A stretch of DNA of 63,061 nt, counting the filler, from Rhabdomonas costata (taxonomy: Eukaryota), in assembly GCA_019059605.1 (NCBI GenBank). It is 37 parts of 37 records of this genome, joined end to end, with 100 filler letters (N's around TTAATTAATTAA, not from the genome) between each part and the next. Parts side by side here need not be neighbours in the genome. Positions count along the whole stretch, not along the records: positions 1 to 1,609 come from JAHMHO010012075.1; positions 1,710 to 3,318 come from JAHMHO010012076.1; positions 3,419 to 5,027 come from JAHMHO010012077.1; positions 5,128 to 6,734 come from JAHMHO010012078.1; positions 6,835 to 8,442 come from JAHMHO010012079.1; positions 8,543 to 10,150 come from JAHMHO010012080.1; positions 10,251 to 11,865 come from JAHMHO010012081.1; positions 11,966 to 13,573 come from JAHMHO010012082.1; 29 more parts are not named here. One strand, given 5' to 3'. Position 1 is the stretch's first letter. The number at the start of each line of letters is the position of its first letter. The notes below the pieces were generated by a model. It did not search any database and was not told the DNA's origin. It saw only the letters and a program-made list of their open reading frames with translations. A program made the position numbers and the translations under genes. This document shows, in pieces, positions 1-12,341 of this stretch.

Positions 1-1609
1 AGAAGGCCGGAACATCCTGGGTCCAAAAGCACCCTCTCTCCCAATCGCATCCTCCTCTCAGACCACAGAGAAGCCCTTGGCATGAAGCTCACAGGCCGAA
101 ACTCCTGACTGTTCTCGGCCACATGAATTTTCAGATTGCCTTCCTCGGCTCAGCGTTTAAAAAAACGAGAGCGTTGTTTCCTTGAATCCAGTTCGTAGCT
201 TTTGAGTCTACGGTGCACCCCCTCTGTTGCGTTATCGTTGTTTGAATTTGTTGAGACTGTTACGGTGGTGGATTTTCCGGTATCGGTGAAGTAAAGCAGG
301 CTGAACGTACCTGGAAATGCATGTGGTTGGTGAAAGTCTGGGCTGCTGTTCATCGTTGATCGGTGTCGTTGCCAAAGTGGATCCAATAGTCGTGGCGGCC
401 ACCAACAAATGTTTCTATACACAAGATGTTACAGACCCCGGAACAAACAGAGCAACATTTTCGGGATGCAGCAGAATACAAGGAAAACAAATGCACATTA
501 TCTCAAGAAGTAACTGCGCAAGGCAAGGCCGAAGCAGAAGCCAGGCGTTGCACATACTGTTACTTCTCGCACCTGCGTTCTTTTTGTGTCGACACATCCG
601 CAGCCGCCCCTTTTGCGCTGACTTTTAACTTTGAACGTTGGCCTTGTGCGCAACCATTGCTGTGGAAAGTGTTCCCCTGTTCTCTGAAAAAACAGAAGTT
701 TCTGTGAGAATCAGTAGTTTCCTGAACGCGGGGCTGTGGAGTCCCGAAAGTGCACTATGCACAAAAGCACGCAAGTGTAGAAAGGAGCGCAAGACCATCA
801 ACCGAAAGTGAAAAGGAATTTTTTGAAAGTAAATGTCCTCTCGTGGCAATTCAACAAGTTAACAAGTGAACAAAGTAAGAGGAGAGTTGCTGAACTAGGC
901 TTAGATGGCAAATATGTCCCTGTTGTCCACATCTTTGTGCGAATAATCGAATTGCTTGCTGAGAGCGAATGAAAGCTGACGCGTCAGGGCTGATTGCAGG
1001 CACCTGGTGCTCAAAGGTCGGGCGTCAAGTTGGCAGTGGACACACAGTCATGCAACAAAAGCGCACATTAACGCGAAAAAACAGCAAAAATCGCCAACTG
1101 TAAAAACTAAACATGAAAAAGGCACGTAATTAACAGCGATCGTTCACAGAGGTAAATGTGGGAACAAGTGTGATTCCCAGGGGCACGATTGAAAATGTGA
1201 AGAAAGTGTTGCAAATCGAATCCGGGTTGAATAGCAGGAGAAGCTCTCACCTTCCAGCAGTACTTGTTCGCCTGTTTGCTTGTTCGAAACGAAGGTCTTT
1301 TTCACCCCGGGGGAATCGAACCGCATTACCGCCTTTAGAAGGCACGCACTGAGTTCAAAAATATTTGACTTACCATCAGTTACCGGTCGAAAAAGAGATG
1401 AGAGATAAGATGTTGGAAACTTGAATATGAGCCCCCCCCCAAAAGTCACACAGGAGTTATCAACTCCGCCAAAGTGTCTTCCAAACTTTGTCCGCTGGAT
1501 AAATTTCAGCTCAAACAGCGGGAAAGGCATGCACAGATCTGATATGAGACTGCAAAACATACATAGCACATGGCACAATCTATATCACATCACATGGATA
1601 CAACCCACA

Positions 1610-1709
1610 NNNNNNNNNNNNNNNNNNNNNNNNNNNNNNNNNNNNNNNNNNNNTTAATTAATTAANNNNNNNNNNNNNNNNNNNNNNNNNNNNNNNNNNN
1701 NNNNNNNNN
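1610..1709. other. Artificial contig spacer N44-TTAATTAATTAA-N44 (first of 36, recurring about every 1.7 kb)
   Basis: Identical 100-bp spacer with six-frame stops at 1610, 3319, 5028 and onward to 61356. Contigs are all about 1.6 kb, which suggests a length-sorted assembly tail. Confidence 0.98.
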
Positions 1710-1807
1710 TTGTGGACGTGAAATCGGTTGTTGTTTTTTCAGAAGGAAGTTTGTGGTTCTCTGTGGTGCCGGGTTTTCTCCAGAAGTATGGGGGGGGGGG
1801 CCTGCAG

Positions 1808-1957
1808 GAGCAACGGTCGGAGAAGTTTGAGCTGGAGAACGAGTTCGGGGCCCTGACTCGGGTGGAGTCGACCAGCGACGGCCAGATCCTCACCGTGAGC
1901 TCCAAGAACGGCTACCTCTACGCCTTCCTCACCAAAATGCCCGTGCTCGACGCGGCG
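1808..1957 (+). CDS. IFT144: Internal exon of intraflagellar transport protein IFT144/WDR19
   Basis: CAG|...|GT bounded 150-bp exon encoding EQRSEKFELENEFGALTRVESTSDGQILTVSSKNGYLYAFLTKMPVLDAA. It matches the WDR19 segment W-T-x-DGQLL-x-x-S-T-x-x-G-x-L-x-x-FLTKLP-x-L. Confidence 0.8.
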
Positions 1958-2500
1958 GTGTGCGCGCAAGCAGGCTGGGCAGATAAAAGAAAGATGGCGA
2001 AGAGTTGCGGAACCTTCACTTTCATTTCCCCCTCTAACTCGACCCCTTTTTAAAAAGACCAGGTCCAGCATCCAAAATCACTCCACTGGGATTCCTTGAG
2101 ATTTTGAATTAATGGTTCATGGCTAATTGCCCACCGGGGAACTTTTTGAGTTGAGTTTGTCATTGTTCAGTGACAAAGATGTAGGAGTTTTAGGTGTAAA
2201 GGAGGACATTGCTGACATTGTTGTTGGGTGGAGCAAGGGAGCTCTAGAGCTCTCTGAAGCGTTCTCGTGGTTTATGGTATTGCTGTACTAACTCCTTCAG
2301 GGGCCTCGCACCCCTCCCAAAAAAAACAAAACCTCACAAATGCCCGCTGCAGGGGCGTTTGCTCAGGGTCAAAATACTAAATCCTGTTGGTTCCTGTTCT
2401 TAAGTTGGCTTAGCAATGTTTTTCCCCCCAAAGAGCACTTCTGATTTCCCTGGTCGTTGTGGAGCCTGTGCATTCCTTTTCGACGTTGTCTCTTCCGCAG

Positions 2501-2695
2501 GCACCCCGTTCCATTCCTGCGGGGAAAGACCTGGTGGAGGCTTGCAAGGCGGGAAACCGCGAGAAGGCACTGAACATACTGAGGAGCGACAACCCAGAGC
2601 TCAACCAGAAGTCAGGGGACCACTCCAGTACCCCGCTGATGGATGCCTCCAAGAGCGGATGGGAAGACGTGGTCGACCAGCTGATCGATGCAAAG
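2501..2695 (+). CDS. Exon encoding ankyrin repeats
   Basis: Pyrimidine tract plus CAG acceptor at 2500. Encodes LVEACKAGNREKALNIL and STPLMDASKSGWEDVVDQLIDAK (ankyrin TPLxxAxxxGxxxVVxxL). Probable GC-type donor at 2696. Confidence 0.75.
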
Positions 2696-4650
2696 GCACA
2701 GCCACCCCGCACACGCGTTCGCCACGTTTTGCTTAGCAGGGCTCTCCCAGCGCAGCACGTAATATCGGGCGGTGTCCCGGTGCGTGTGCGCATCCCTTTG
2801 CGTGTCCCGGTGCGTGTATGCTCCCTCTTGGTTTGCGCTCTTGAGAGTCCGGATTTCGCCCATGGCGACACTAACCGCCCCCCCCCCCCTTCCTCCCTCT
2901 CCTGAGATTCCGGTTTTTGATGTAAGCTGCGATGGAAATTTCTTGAGATTCAGTAAGAATCGGTTTGGGCAAAGCGGGATCCTCTCCCCTGTGGTTTGTT
3001 GCTGCCTGATGACCTGAGCAGGCCCCCCAAAAAAAAAGATGGTGCGTTTCATTTTATAACTGAGAGTTTCCCGCGCAAACATCAAACAATCAAAACTTTA
3101 AGGAAATGTGCCCATCAAAATGAAATGTTTCTTCAATTGCATTGCCTCAAAAGCTATCAAAAATGTGGGGAATTCTCGGAAGCATAGGTGCTTTTAGTAT
3201 ACACAACGGCATCCAATTCACCCACGCTTAGTCATCAATAATCAGCCGCAGTTGCAATTTACTTCCTTCAGACAAGGGGTGAAAACAAAAATTTCCCGAG
3301 GGGTGAGAACAAAAAAAANNNNNNNNNNNNNNNNNNNNNNNNNNNNNNNNNNNNNNNNNNNNTTAATTAATTAANNNNNNNNNNNNNNNNNNNNNNNNNN
3401 NNNNNNNNNNNNNNNNNNGGTTGTTGGGTGCCTTTTGCTTTTTCCAGGGAAGCCTCATGCTGCCTACCGTGCGGCGGTGGTTCTGTTCTCAGCCGTCGTT
3501 GTACATCTGTGCCTGACTGCCCTCTGCGTCGCATGCTATCGTTCGAGTAATCCATGTACACCGTACTGCAGTGAAGTGATTTTTAGTCCTGCTTTCGCGA
3601 AACACTGGGTCCGATGTGTGTTCGCTGCATTCCCTGCAGCACGCCCCTTCTCCATTTTCGGGCACCAGCAGTTCCCCGTGTTGAGAAGTCCACAGAGTTC
3701 TTCATGACTCGAAGGTTTGCTAAGTGGCCTACGCGGGGCGACAAAGAGAGCCGTAATTTATTCTCATCCGTTGAGGCAGACAAAATTTGGGCAGATAGAC
3801 GTGCTAGTCATGCCCACCTCCCAGACGTTTCTCAAACTTTTTAGCAATCGTTCTTCCACGGGATTTCCAGTCTACAGCTCGGTGATGTGCCTTCTCTTAT
3901 GTTGTTGCATTGACCCCTCCCTCCCGAACACATTTCATCGCACAAACATACACAAACACGAACAAGCAGACACCACTGTCCCTTAGTCAAAGAAGAAAAC
4001 ACATTGGTTCGGATACCAAGGCGACTCGGAGCCAGAGAGTGAGAGTCTGCAATGGGTTTGGACAACACCCCGGCTGAAGACCCCTCTTCCTGCCTTTGCG
4101 AGTGGGTGGCATAGCGCAGAAATATGAGTGTGCATGAATACGGTTCTTTTTGGTTCGGGTTTGGTTTTTGGTGACATCATCTGTATTTGAGCCGGTCATC
4201 GTATGTCTCTGTCAGCAGTGCAGCTGCTTTTGTTTATTTCTTTTGGTTTGGAGGTTTTGACTTCTCGTCCCCCCCCCCCTTCCTGCGAGTTGAGGCTGCA
4301 CCCCTGGGAGGGAGAATTAGTGTGGTTTCCGTGCGTTCAAGTGTGTCCGGCGAGGCGTCGCCAAAATGGGTAACACCCTTGAGGTTGTCACCCGCTCTCA
4401 ACCCTTCTCTCTTCCGCGCTCTGCGTCATTTTTGCAAGGCATTTTTCTTTCCGCATGTCCATCACACTGTCGTTCAGCCACTGCTTTTTCCAATGATTAT
4501 GCCCTTACTTTTTACAAGGAATCTCCGCGCATCTGAACCAAACTACTTTTACGGTGATTTTTTGCAGCCGTACGATGGCGCCGGTTAGCGAATGAATGAC
4601 GTGCTTCCCGTGGTGCAAGGGGCTAGGGATGACTTCTTTTGCTTTCGCAG

Positions 4651-4710
4651 ATGCAGGCGTGTTACGCCCTTGAGATCGTCCAGCTCGACCTCAAGGCGAA
4701 GTACGACGAG
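4651..4710 (+). CDS. Short exon, unknown protein (MQACYALEIVQLDLKAKYDE)
   Basis: TTTTGCTTTCGCAG acceptor, GAG|GT donor, GC3-rich codons. Confidence 0.4.
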
Positions 4711-6838
4711 GTTGTCAAAAAATGCGCTTTTCTGATCACTGCCACAACGCATCCGTTTTGATCAACGCTCAACTAGAATTGGATCTCTTTGATATGCAGA
4801 TACTGACGGTATATTTAAGCTGCACAATGACAATCCAAAAAGATTAATTGAGTTGCCACACACGGATTTTTTTGTGTATGTGTTGCTGAGTCTGCCTTTT
4901 TTCCACAACCCTTTCTTTGCGACTCCAAAAATCTCATGCAAATCCATTCATCTCCAGGATCCAAAAAAGTTCCCGGTACTTACACAAAACACGACGACGG
5001 TTCGTCGCTGAAGCGCCACACACCACANNNNNNNNNNNNNNNNNNNNNNNNNNNNNNNNNNNNNNNNNNNNTTAATTAATTAANNNNNNNNNNNNNNNNN
5101 NNNNNNNNNNNNNNNNNNNNNNNNNNNTGTGTTGAGTGTGTTTAGGTGTTTTTGTCCTCAGAATGACAACTGCTGATGTGGTTGTGGCGTTGAGCCCTCT
5201 AATACTACGCTCCACTGATTTACGCTACGTGACAGCAACTTATGACCAAATTCTGACGCATGATGCTGCTAAAAATTCAACAGATGCCTTAATACCACAT
5301 TTTATCTCTCTGAGTTAAATTTCATGTGGCCACATAATTCTACAAGGTCTTCTATTTCGCTGCACTCCATATCCTCCTAAATGCTAAACTCACTACTACG
5401 GTGTTGACATCCGCGCTACGCTCAGATACAAATCACTCCGTTGAATGCTTAACACCATGCTTTATTCTCCACGCTCGATTCTGGGACCAGTATGGTTACC
5501 TGGATCTTATACTCTATGCCTTACCCGCTTGCGCGAAGATTTCCAGAATTAAAGAAAGAAAGAAAGAAAAAAAGAAAGACCTAAAACCACAATCCATTCC
5601 ATTGCGTCACGTGCCTGTGAAGCCTGTGACCCCTGATATTTTATGGTCGCATACTCCATTGCGTTACTTATGCTCCCTAAAAGTACACTGATGCCAAGAT
5701 ACCCCATATAATTAGCTCATAATAACGCCACATGGAATATTTTCTAGCCAATCTGACGTGGTAAGAGTGGGTACGGAGACAATGCCATGGATTTGTTTTG
5801 TAATAGATGTGGAAACGAATAAAAACAAGCAAGAACAGTCACAATATCCATAGTGTTGTAGAAAGCGTGGAAGACCCAGTAACGGTATAGTAGTGGGTCG
5901 CTCTCCATCCACACCAACAGGTACGTAGGTTTGAGTGCATAAGGGGTGCGACCACCACGGAGTAGGAGGTGAAGGTTACCCCACCTATTTAGTAGTACTG
6001 GCGAATGTGCGTAAGCGCCTTAGGGCGATGGAGCACATGAACCACCACATGTAGGGAGCGTATGCGAAGATGCGACCAGCAATTACCCTCTCGATGGCCC
6101 CAAGGTCCCTTGCTACATACCACATCCAAACTTCTTACATGCCCTTACATTACCTTCAGCACCGCAGGTATGTATGACATCCGACATATGGTACAACATA
6201 GTGGTCTTGGTCTTCTGGTGGTAGGAGTAGGCCTGACCACCACCACCCTACACCACCACATGTCATCACCCATTCCTACCACCATTAGCTCGGTCGTGCA
6301 TCCAGGGTGGGGGCAGGCATCAACCACTCACCATTACACCCCATACGTTGGTTCCCTTACCCACCCTCCATCTCTCTCAGGGTGTGTTTTCCTAGCGTGG
6401 GTCTTAGCATCTGTTGTCGGGTTTCGTGCATCGGGTCTTCCATAGGGTGGGTGCGTAGAGGTAGGTGTGGTGAGTGGTAGCGTAGTGGTAGCAGTGGTGG
6501 GTAGATATTGGCATTCGAGGGTGATGGGAGGGTCGGTAATTCGCGTTGGTCTTTGCATTTTATGTTGGGATGTTGGGTTGTGGATTTCAGTCTTTGTGCA
6601 GGATGGTTCCTGGGTTGGGTGTAGAGGTTCTGAGTCGGAAGGTGGGTGGGAGATTGTGGTTGGGTATTTGCGTAGGGGTTGCTTGTTTACCTGATGAGAA
6701 TGGAAGGCCAAACAACCCCAAACACACCCACCACNNNNNNNNNNNNNNNNNNNNNNNNNNNNNNNNNNNNNNNNNNNNTTAATTAATTAANNNNNNNNNN
6801 NNNNNNNNNNNNNNNNNNNNNNNNNNNNNNNNNNGTTT

Positions 6839-8281
6839 TTAGCTGAACTTCAGGGCTAGTGCAAAGCGGGCACTCCAGCTAGAAACCCAGAAGAAAATCG
6901 AAGGCAAGGCTCCTGAGCTGTACACCAGCCAAAAAATGGATCCATCCACGAGAAGCAGGGTCAGCACAGCCAGCAGTGGAAAGTTGGCTGAAAACGACAA
7001 ACAGTCACTTAAAAAGTAGAAGATCCATACGGAAAGTCTCCAGGTGCAGAGGAAGAACCTACTCTGCACATACAGGTAGAAAAGTTGGCGAAATGCCCTG
7101 AGCGGCAGAGACATCATCTTCGAAAGCAAAAGCAACGTTCTGAGATACACAGGATGGCAAATGAAATCGGACGCTGAAGAAGCTGTAGAGGAAGAAATGA
7201 GCAACGTCGGCAACGTCCTGGGCCGTACCCGAAGCCATGCATGGGCGAAAAGTAAGGCAGTGAAGACAATCAAAGCAAATGTGCAAAATGCAAGCCCGAA
7301 CTGCAACAGCAGAGTGCCAAAAAGCAATCTCGGGCCTAAAAGACACTGCCCGACGCTGTTCCACAGGGAGGAGAGGGTAAAGATGGAAATCGTTCCGGTG
7401 GCAGCTGGCAAAAGCATTGGTGAAAGGACGAACCACAGTGGCCTGATCAGGAACCGTGCCAACAACCGAATGAAAGGCAATTCCAGAGTCCCCTGACATA
7501 CGGCAACAACAACAGGCCAACCTAAATGGAAGGCAGAGCACGCGCCCGCAAAGACAGGTGCTGCCGCCCGTGCAAGAGGGTCCAAGACATACGGCAAGTA
7601 TTTCCAAAGAGCCTCGGGAGAGACCGATAATACCAGCAACAAGCACGCACCAACCGTCATCACAATTGAGGGTGTGTTTAGTGCGATGACGCTTCCGTCG
7701 GGGCCAACCGGATTGCTGACCGCGTGGAGCGCTGATATACTCAGGCAAGCCGATAAAGACGTCAGCACGTATTTTGGAGAGTGCAATGGCTTGATGCGCG
7801 GAGCGAAGAATTTGACACAAATTGGAACTTGGATAAATAGCGTGGCCACGCCCGTGCGACTGCAGGGCATGTAAGGTTCCGGTATGAGCTCCTCTGACAA
7901 TACACGGCGAAGAAGCCAAGCTAGGGAGGAGCTCAGACACAAGGCAGGAACCTGTAGCACACAATCCACCAGCCAGGGAAGCGCAATCCAGCGAAAAAGG
8001 GTGCGGCGAGAAACAAGGGCTACGGGAGCCCGCATCATCCAAAAAGAAGCTGCGCCCAAGACGCCCACAAGAAGCCCACCTTCGACAACAGGCTTCAGAG
8101 CGGAGAGCGGTACAGCGCCGCTCACCAGGACCAATGGTCGCAGGTACAGCCCCAGGACATCATCGAGCACACAGCACACAACTGAAAAATAGGTCCACAA
8201 AACCTCCGCAAACATTCTTTCTGAAAACTTGCAACAGTCTAGCAACAGCCACAGGCAGAAGCACAATCGCATTGTCACCAA
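6839..8281 (-). CDS. Large multi-pass membrane protein of unknown family (probably truncated at the contig edge)
   Basis: Uninterrupted 480-codon ORF with many hydrophobic helices. The stop lies in the contig-end tail. Confidence 0.6.
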   Translation of the reverse strand: MVTMRLCFCLWLLLDCCKFSERMFAEVLWTYFSVVCCVLDDVLGLYLRPLVLVSGAVPLSALKPVVEGGLLVGVLGAASFWMMRAPVALVSRRTLFRWIALPWLVDCVLQVPALCLSSSLAWLLRRVLSEELIPEPYMPCSRTGVATLFIQVPICVKFFAPRIKPLHSPKYVLTSLSACLSISALHAVSNPVGPDGSVIALNTPSIVMTVGACLLLVLSVSPEALWKYLPYVLDPLARAAAPVFAGACSAFHLGWPVVVAVCQGTLELPFIRLLARFLIRPLWFVLSPMLLPAATGTISIFTLSSLWNSVGQCLLGPRLLFGTLLLQFGLAFCTFALIVFTALLFAHAWLRVRPRTLPTLLISSSTASSASDFICHPVYLRTLLLLSKMMSLPLRAFRQLFYLYVQSRFFLCTWRLSVWIFYFLSDCLSFSANFPLLAVLTLLLVDGSIFWLVYSSGALPSIFFWVSSWSARFALALKFS

Positions 8282-8574
8282 CTCCAGTAATCACAGAAAT
8301 GCAAAACAAAACGTGTGTTTGTGTGTTTGCACAGCCCTACCCCGGCATTATTCTTTTTTCTTACTAACTTTCCTCGAACCACAACCCTATGCGTCCAAAC
8401 TGCACGGACACCATGGTTTTTGTTGACCTTACCCCCACAACCNNNNNNNNNNNNNNNNNNNNNNNNNNNNNNNNNNNNNNNNNNNNTTAATTAATTAANN
8501 NNNNNNNNNNNNNNNNNNNNNNNNNNNNNNNNNNNNNNNNNNTTGTTGTGGGGCTTTGCGTGGCAGGTGACGGG

Positions 8575-8768
8575 AGAATGGGGTGACCTCAATGTTTGTA
8601 TACTTCTTGTGTGTGAACCGGGGACAGAAACCATCTTGCGCATGGCGCTCCTTTGCCTCTGTCCTGAGTAGGCTTGTGTTTCGCTGAAGAAGTGTCATTT
8701 TGTTCGATTGTTCTCACCGCCCGCCCGCGCGCGTGCGCGCTTGTGAGAGCCAGTAGAACACCACCACA
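8575..8768 (-). repeat. Dispersed ~200-bp structured repeat, divergent copy
   Basis: Reverse strand reads TGTGGTGGTGTTCT...GGTTTCTGTCCCCGGTTCACACACAAGAA...AGGTCACCCC, alignable to the copies at 12007, 20011 and 59801. Confidence 0.7.
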
Positions 8769-8900
8769 TAAACACCAATATAAGGTTGTTGCCAACGATG
8801 CGTCTCCTTTTCCTCAGGCACAGGGCCTCCGCGGTTGCCCTCTCCGCTTTGCTCCCCTTCGATGGGAATGGGCACCCAGCCTCTGCCACAGCAGCCTCAG

Positions 8901-9624
8901 CGGCAGTGACGATAGGACCATCAAGGTGTGGAATTTTGACACTGGCAAGGTGGAGCGTACCCTTGAGGGACATACTGACTTTATTCAGGGGGTTGCGGTT
9001 ACCCCAAATGGAAAGCAGATTGTCAGCGGCAGTGACGACAAGACAATCAAGGTGTGGAATCTCGACAGTGGCAAAATGGAGCTCACCTTTGAGGGACACA
9101 CTAATTCCGTTTGTGGGATCGCAGTGACTCCAAGTGGGAAGCACGTTATCAGCGGTGGCGGTGACAATACCATCAAAGTGTGGAATCTGGATACTGGGAA
9201 CGAGGAGCGCACCCTGAAGGGGCACGCAAGTTATGTCAATGCAGTGTCGGTGACCCCAAATGGAAAATACATTATCAGCGGCAGTGATGATTGTACTGTG
9301 AAAGTGTGGAACCTTCATACTGGAAAGGAGGAGCTCACCCTTGAGGGTCACTCAAACTACGTAAGTGGGGTTGCGATCAGCCCAAATGGGAAGCACGTTA
9401 TCAGCTGTAGCGGTGACAAAACCGTCAAAGCATGGGATCTCGACACTGAGTTGGAAGATTTGGGCCAGGAGTCTCTCGCTGGCTTTCCCGCGGCTTTCAT
9501 TTCTCAGCATTTTGCTGTGGGCGATGGCTCTAGCAGCTCTGTATTTCCTTCAATGGGTTGCCTGCCGGTGAGCCTTGGATACAATGTTAATGATAATAGG
9601 TATGTAAGCAATCAGCGGGGCTGA
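8901..9624 (+). CDS. WD40-repeat protein exon (about 4.5 highly similar 42-aa repeats)
   Basis: Repeats of GH..V..VAVTP.GK..ISG..D.T.KVW.L.TG.E..TL with a 126-nt period. Repeat homology starts at a CAG acceptor (8900). The 3' boundary after about 9450 is uncertain. Confidence 0.9.
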
Positions 9625-11136
9625 AGTGTGATGCTGATTTTGTTTTTTTTTGAACTTGGGGTATGGGTTCGGCGATTCCTTCCTTTCGCTTTTTTTTTGG
9701 TACTTTAGCCGGTACGAGTACCGAAAAGTACCTGTGACTATTCTCTTCTGAGGCAGGTACCGCAGTTGCGGCGTTAAGCACCCGTAATTCTTGTGCGCAG
9801 TGCTTCCGCTGCTCCATCTGTGGAGAGGTGATCGTCGACACCCTTTTCATTGTCATCAATGGCAAGCAGGCCCACCAGAGCTGCCGCCCTAAAAGTAGCC
9901 CCCTATGCCGCACTCACTCATCTGCTTTGCGCTGGCAACTTTTCCGGAATTTGTTTGAAAATTGTTCCTGCTCCAAATACGGGGTGTTCCACTTAAAATG
10001 GAATAAAATGGTATGATTTTAGAACTAAACACATAGATAACATTGTTCAGTCTGATACTGGTTTCAGTTAACAAGTACTTGTTCCATTTTAAGTGCCTCC
10101 TAGGAAGGAGTCGAGCGGGGAGAGATCGGAAGACCTTGATGGCCAATCAANNNNNNNNNNNNNNNNNNNNNNNNNNNNNNNNNNNNNNNNNNNNTTAATT
10201 AATTAANNNNNNNNNNNNNNNNNNNNNNNNNNNNNNNNNNNNNNNNNNNNCCCCCAACCTTTGCAAGGGAATTCTGTGGTGGGTGTCTTTGGCACTCGAT
10301 GGAGTGCCCCGCCCGCGGGATGTTCTCGGATGATGGCGATAGCCGGAGGCTGGTTTTCCCGGTCTGGCGACTGCTCTGGAGAGCATTTTGGAGTCCCCAT
10401 TGCTCATTGCTTGGCATGGAAGACCCTTCTGATGACTTTTTGGACTTCGGCTGACAGCGCTCGTGGTCCTCAGTTTTTGCATGACAGGTTTTGATATCAG
10501 TATGGGAGCCTTATTTTGAAGATGGTAATTGGTGCGTTGCTGTTTCCTTGGCGGGTTGTTTTTTGACTGGGATATGCTAGTGGGTATTTGTACTGTCTGA
10601 AATCACATGTGATCGTTTTTGTACTGAAGGTTCGAGCGTCGAACAAGACTGCAAGGGGTGGGGATTTCAGAGAAAAAGGAACACAGCAACAGCAGCAGCG
10701 GATGAACGGAATAGTCTCTTCAGCGCAAAGATCGAAATTCAGTATTTGGAAAATGAATCTGCCCCCCCCCCCGATACCAAGTTAATTATGTTTTGGATTC
10801 TTTCGTCTGTGGCATTGTCCGCGTCACCTCAAAAAGTCACAATCGAAAGAAGTGCACTCTAAATCTGGCATTTTCGAACTTAGCTAAACGCTAAAAAAAA
10901 AGGGTGATGAAAAACTGGTTTTGACCTGGAGGTGGTTTTGCCTCTTTTCGGCCTGTGGTTACCCTTCTTACTTTTGAGATGACGTGGGGCATATTTCATT
11001 CCATCTAATTCCATCTGGGTGTTGGCGTGTTGAGGCTCACCCAAGGCGGCTTGTGACGCCCCTTCTCCAACAAGGCCAACTATGCTGCCCATGTACTTTC
11101 TTCAGCAGCCAGAGGAAGCAGCGCAGAAAACTCACA

Positions 11137-11271
11137 ATGTCCGGGACTGACTCCTCCTACCTGATGCAAAACGGGGTGCCACAGCTGGTGGACAAGATGG
11201 TCAGCGAGATGCTCGCTGCCAAGCCCACCGACCCCAAGGTGTTCATCAAGCAGTATATCCAGAAGGAGCTG

Positions 11272-11273
<2 letters not shown>
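11137..11273 (+). CDS. First coding exon with a RIIa/Dpy-30-like dimerization-docking (D/D) domain
   Basis: MSGTDSSYLMQNGVPQLVDKMVSEMLAAKPTDPKVFIKQYIQKEL fits YL...+P.L+..++..+L..KP.DP..F+..Y+. Upstream TTTCTTCAG acceptor at 11105; donor runs into a (GT)n microsatellite. Confidence 0.7.
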
Positions 11274-11302
<29 letters not shown>

Positions 11303-12006
11303 CATGCATATTATGCCATCAGGTCCACCATGCACACAAACGTTTTCCAAAAACAATTGCCTTCTGCCATCTTACCCCAACATCGCTCAAAAAAGATATC
11401 CCGTGTTTTGTATGACTGTGCGTGTTTTTCTTCCGCTGCACATTTGGAAAACAGATGAAAGGGAGGGTTGGATGTCTTTGCTTGCGCCTTGGTTCAAGGC
11501 GAAACAAAGGATATCAGTTCGGAGGCACCATCCAGCACGCACCATTCCAAACTCAGAGCATCTCAAGTAAACGAGTTGTTTGCAAACACTGTCCAAAAAT
11601 GACCATGGAAAGTGGTGATGAGCAAAAACTGCTCCATCGCCACGTGCGACAGACGTCATCGTCGGTGTGTCAAAGTATCCAAAGGTCAACCAAAGTTCTT
11701 CCAATACTGTTGTTCGGAGGCAGGTGTGCTATGCGGCAGAAGATCAATGCAGACAAGAAATGGCACATCCGCATGAGCGAGAAAACCTCTGCTGCGGTGG
11801 GAAGATGTGCGTGGAAACTTGGAGAGAGAGAGATACAGAGCGGGTGTGTGGTTCCCAGGGAGACTNNNNNNNNNNNNNNNNNNNNNNNNNNNNNNNNNNN
11901 NNNNNNNNNTTAATTAATTAANNNNNNNNNNNNNNNNNNNNNNNNNNNNNNNNNNNNNNNNNNNNGTGGAGGGAGCTGCAGGACTTTATTTTAAACCCCT
12001 TTTAGA

Positions 12007-12193
12007 GTGGTGGTTACTCTCGAGCAAAAGGGGACGTCGTCAGTCACAAGAAACCTGCACATCTGGACATGACAACAGCAGCAAAGTGTGTCATCAACAG
12101 TTGGTTTCTGTCCCCTGTCCACACACAAGAACTGTACAGAATAAGGTCACCCTTTTCCCGCCCGTATCGTATACTGCTCACATCCACCGCCTC
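12007..12193 (+). repeat. Dispersed ~200-bp structured repeat copy (intronic)
   Basis: Near-identical to 20011-20209 over ATGACAACAGC..AAAGTGTGTCAT..AACAGTTGGTTTCTGTCCCCTGTCCACACACAAGAACTGTACA..GGTCACCC..CCCGTATCGTAT..CTCACATCCACCGCCTC. Confidence 0.9.
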
Positions 12194-12263
12194 AAGGCAG
12201 GGACTCTAGACACTCACTGTCCCGCCTTCGCCTTGCTTGCCTTGGCGCTGTGCCCGTTTTCAG

Positions 12264-12341
12264 GTTGAAGGTGTTTACGCCGCAATGGGTGTTGAAGCGG
12301 AGGCCCCTCTGGAGCGTGAGGAGGGTGAGGTGGAAGAAGAG
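12264..12341 (+). CDS. Short acidic exon, unknown protein (VEGVYAAMGVEAEAPLEREEGEVEEE)
   Basis: CCCGTTTTCAG acceptor, GAG|GTGCC donor, 78 bp, phase 0. Confidence 0.45.

Noticed and set aside
1654-1665. Regularly spaced TTAATTAATTAA palindrome as a CRISPR-like or biological repeat
   Set aside because: Always embedded in N44 on both sides; it is an artificial six-frame-stop linker.
11274-11302. (GT)n/(CA)n, (GA)n, (GCT)n and (CAAAA)n tracts here and at 32236, 33476, 42712, 45801, 62980
   Set aside because: Ordinary microsatellites; the CVCVC and poly-Ala translations are probably not real protein.
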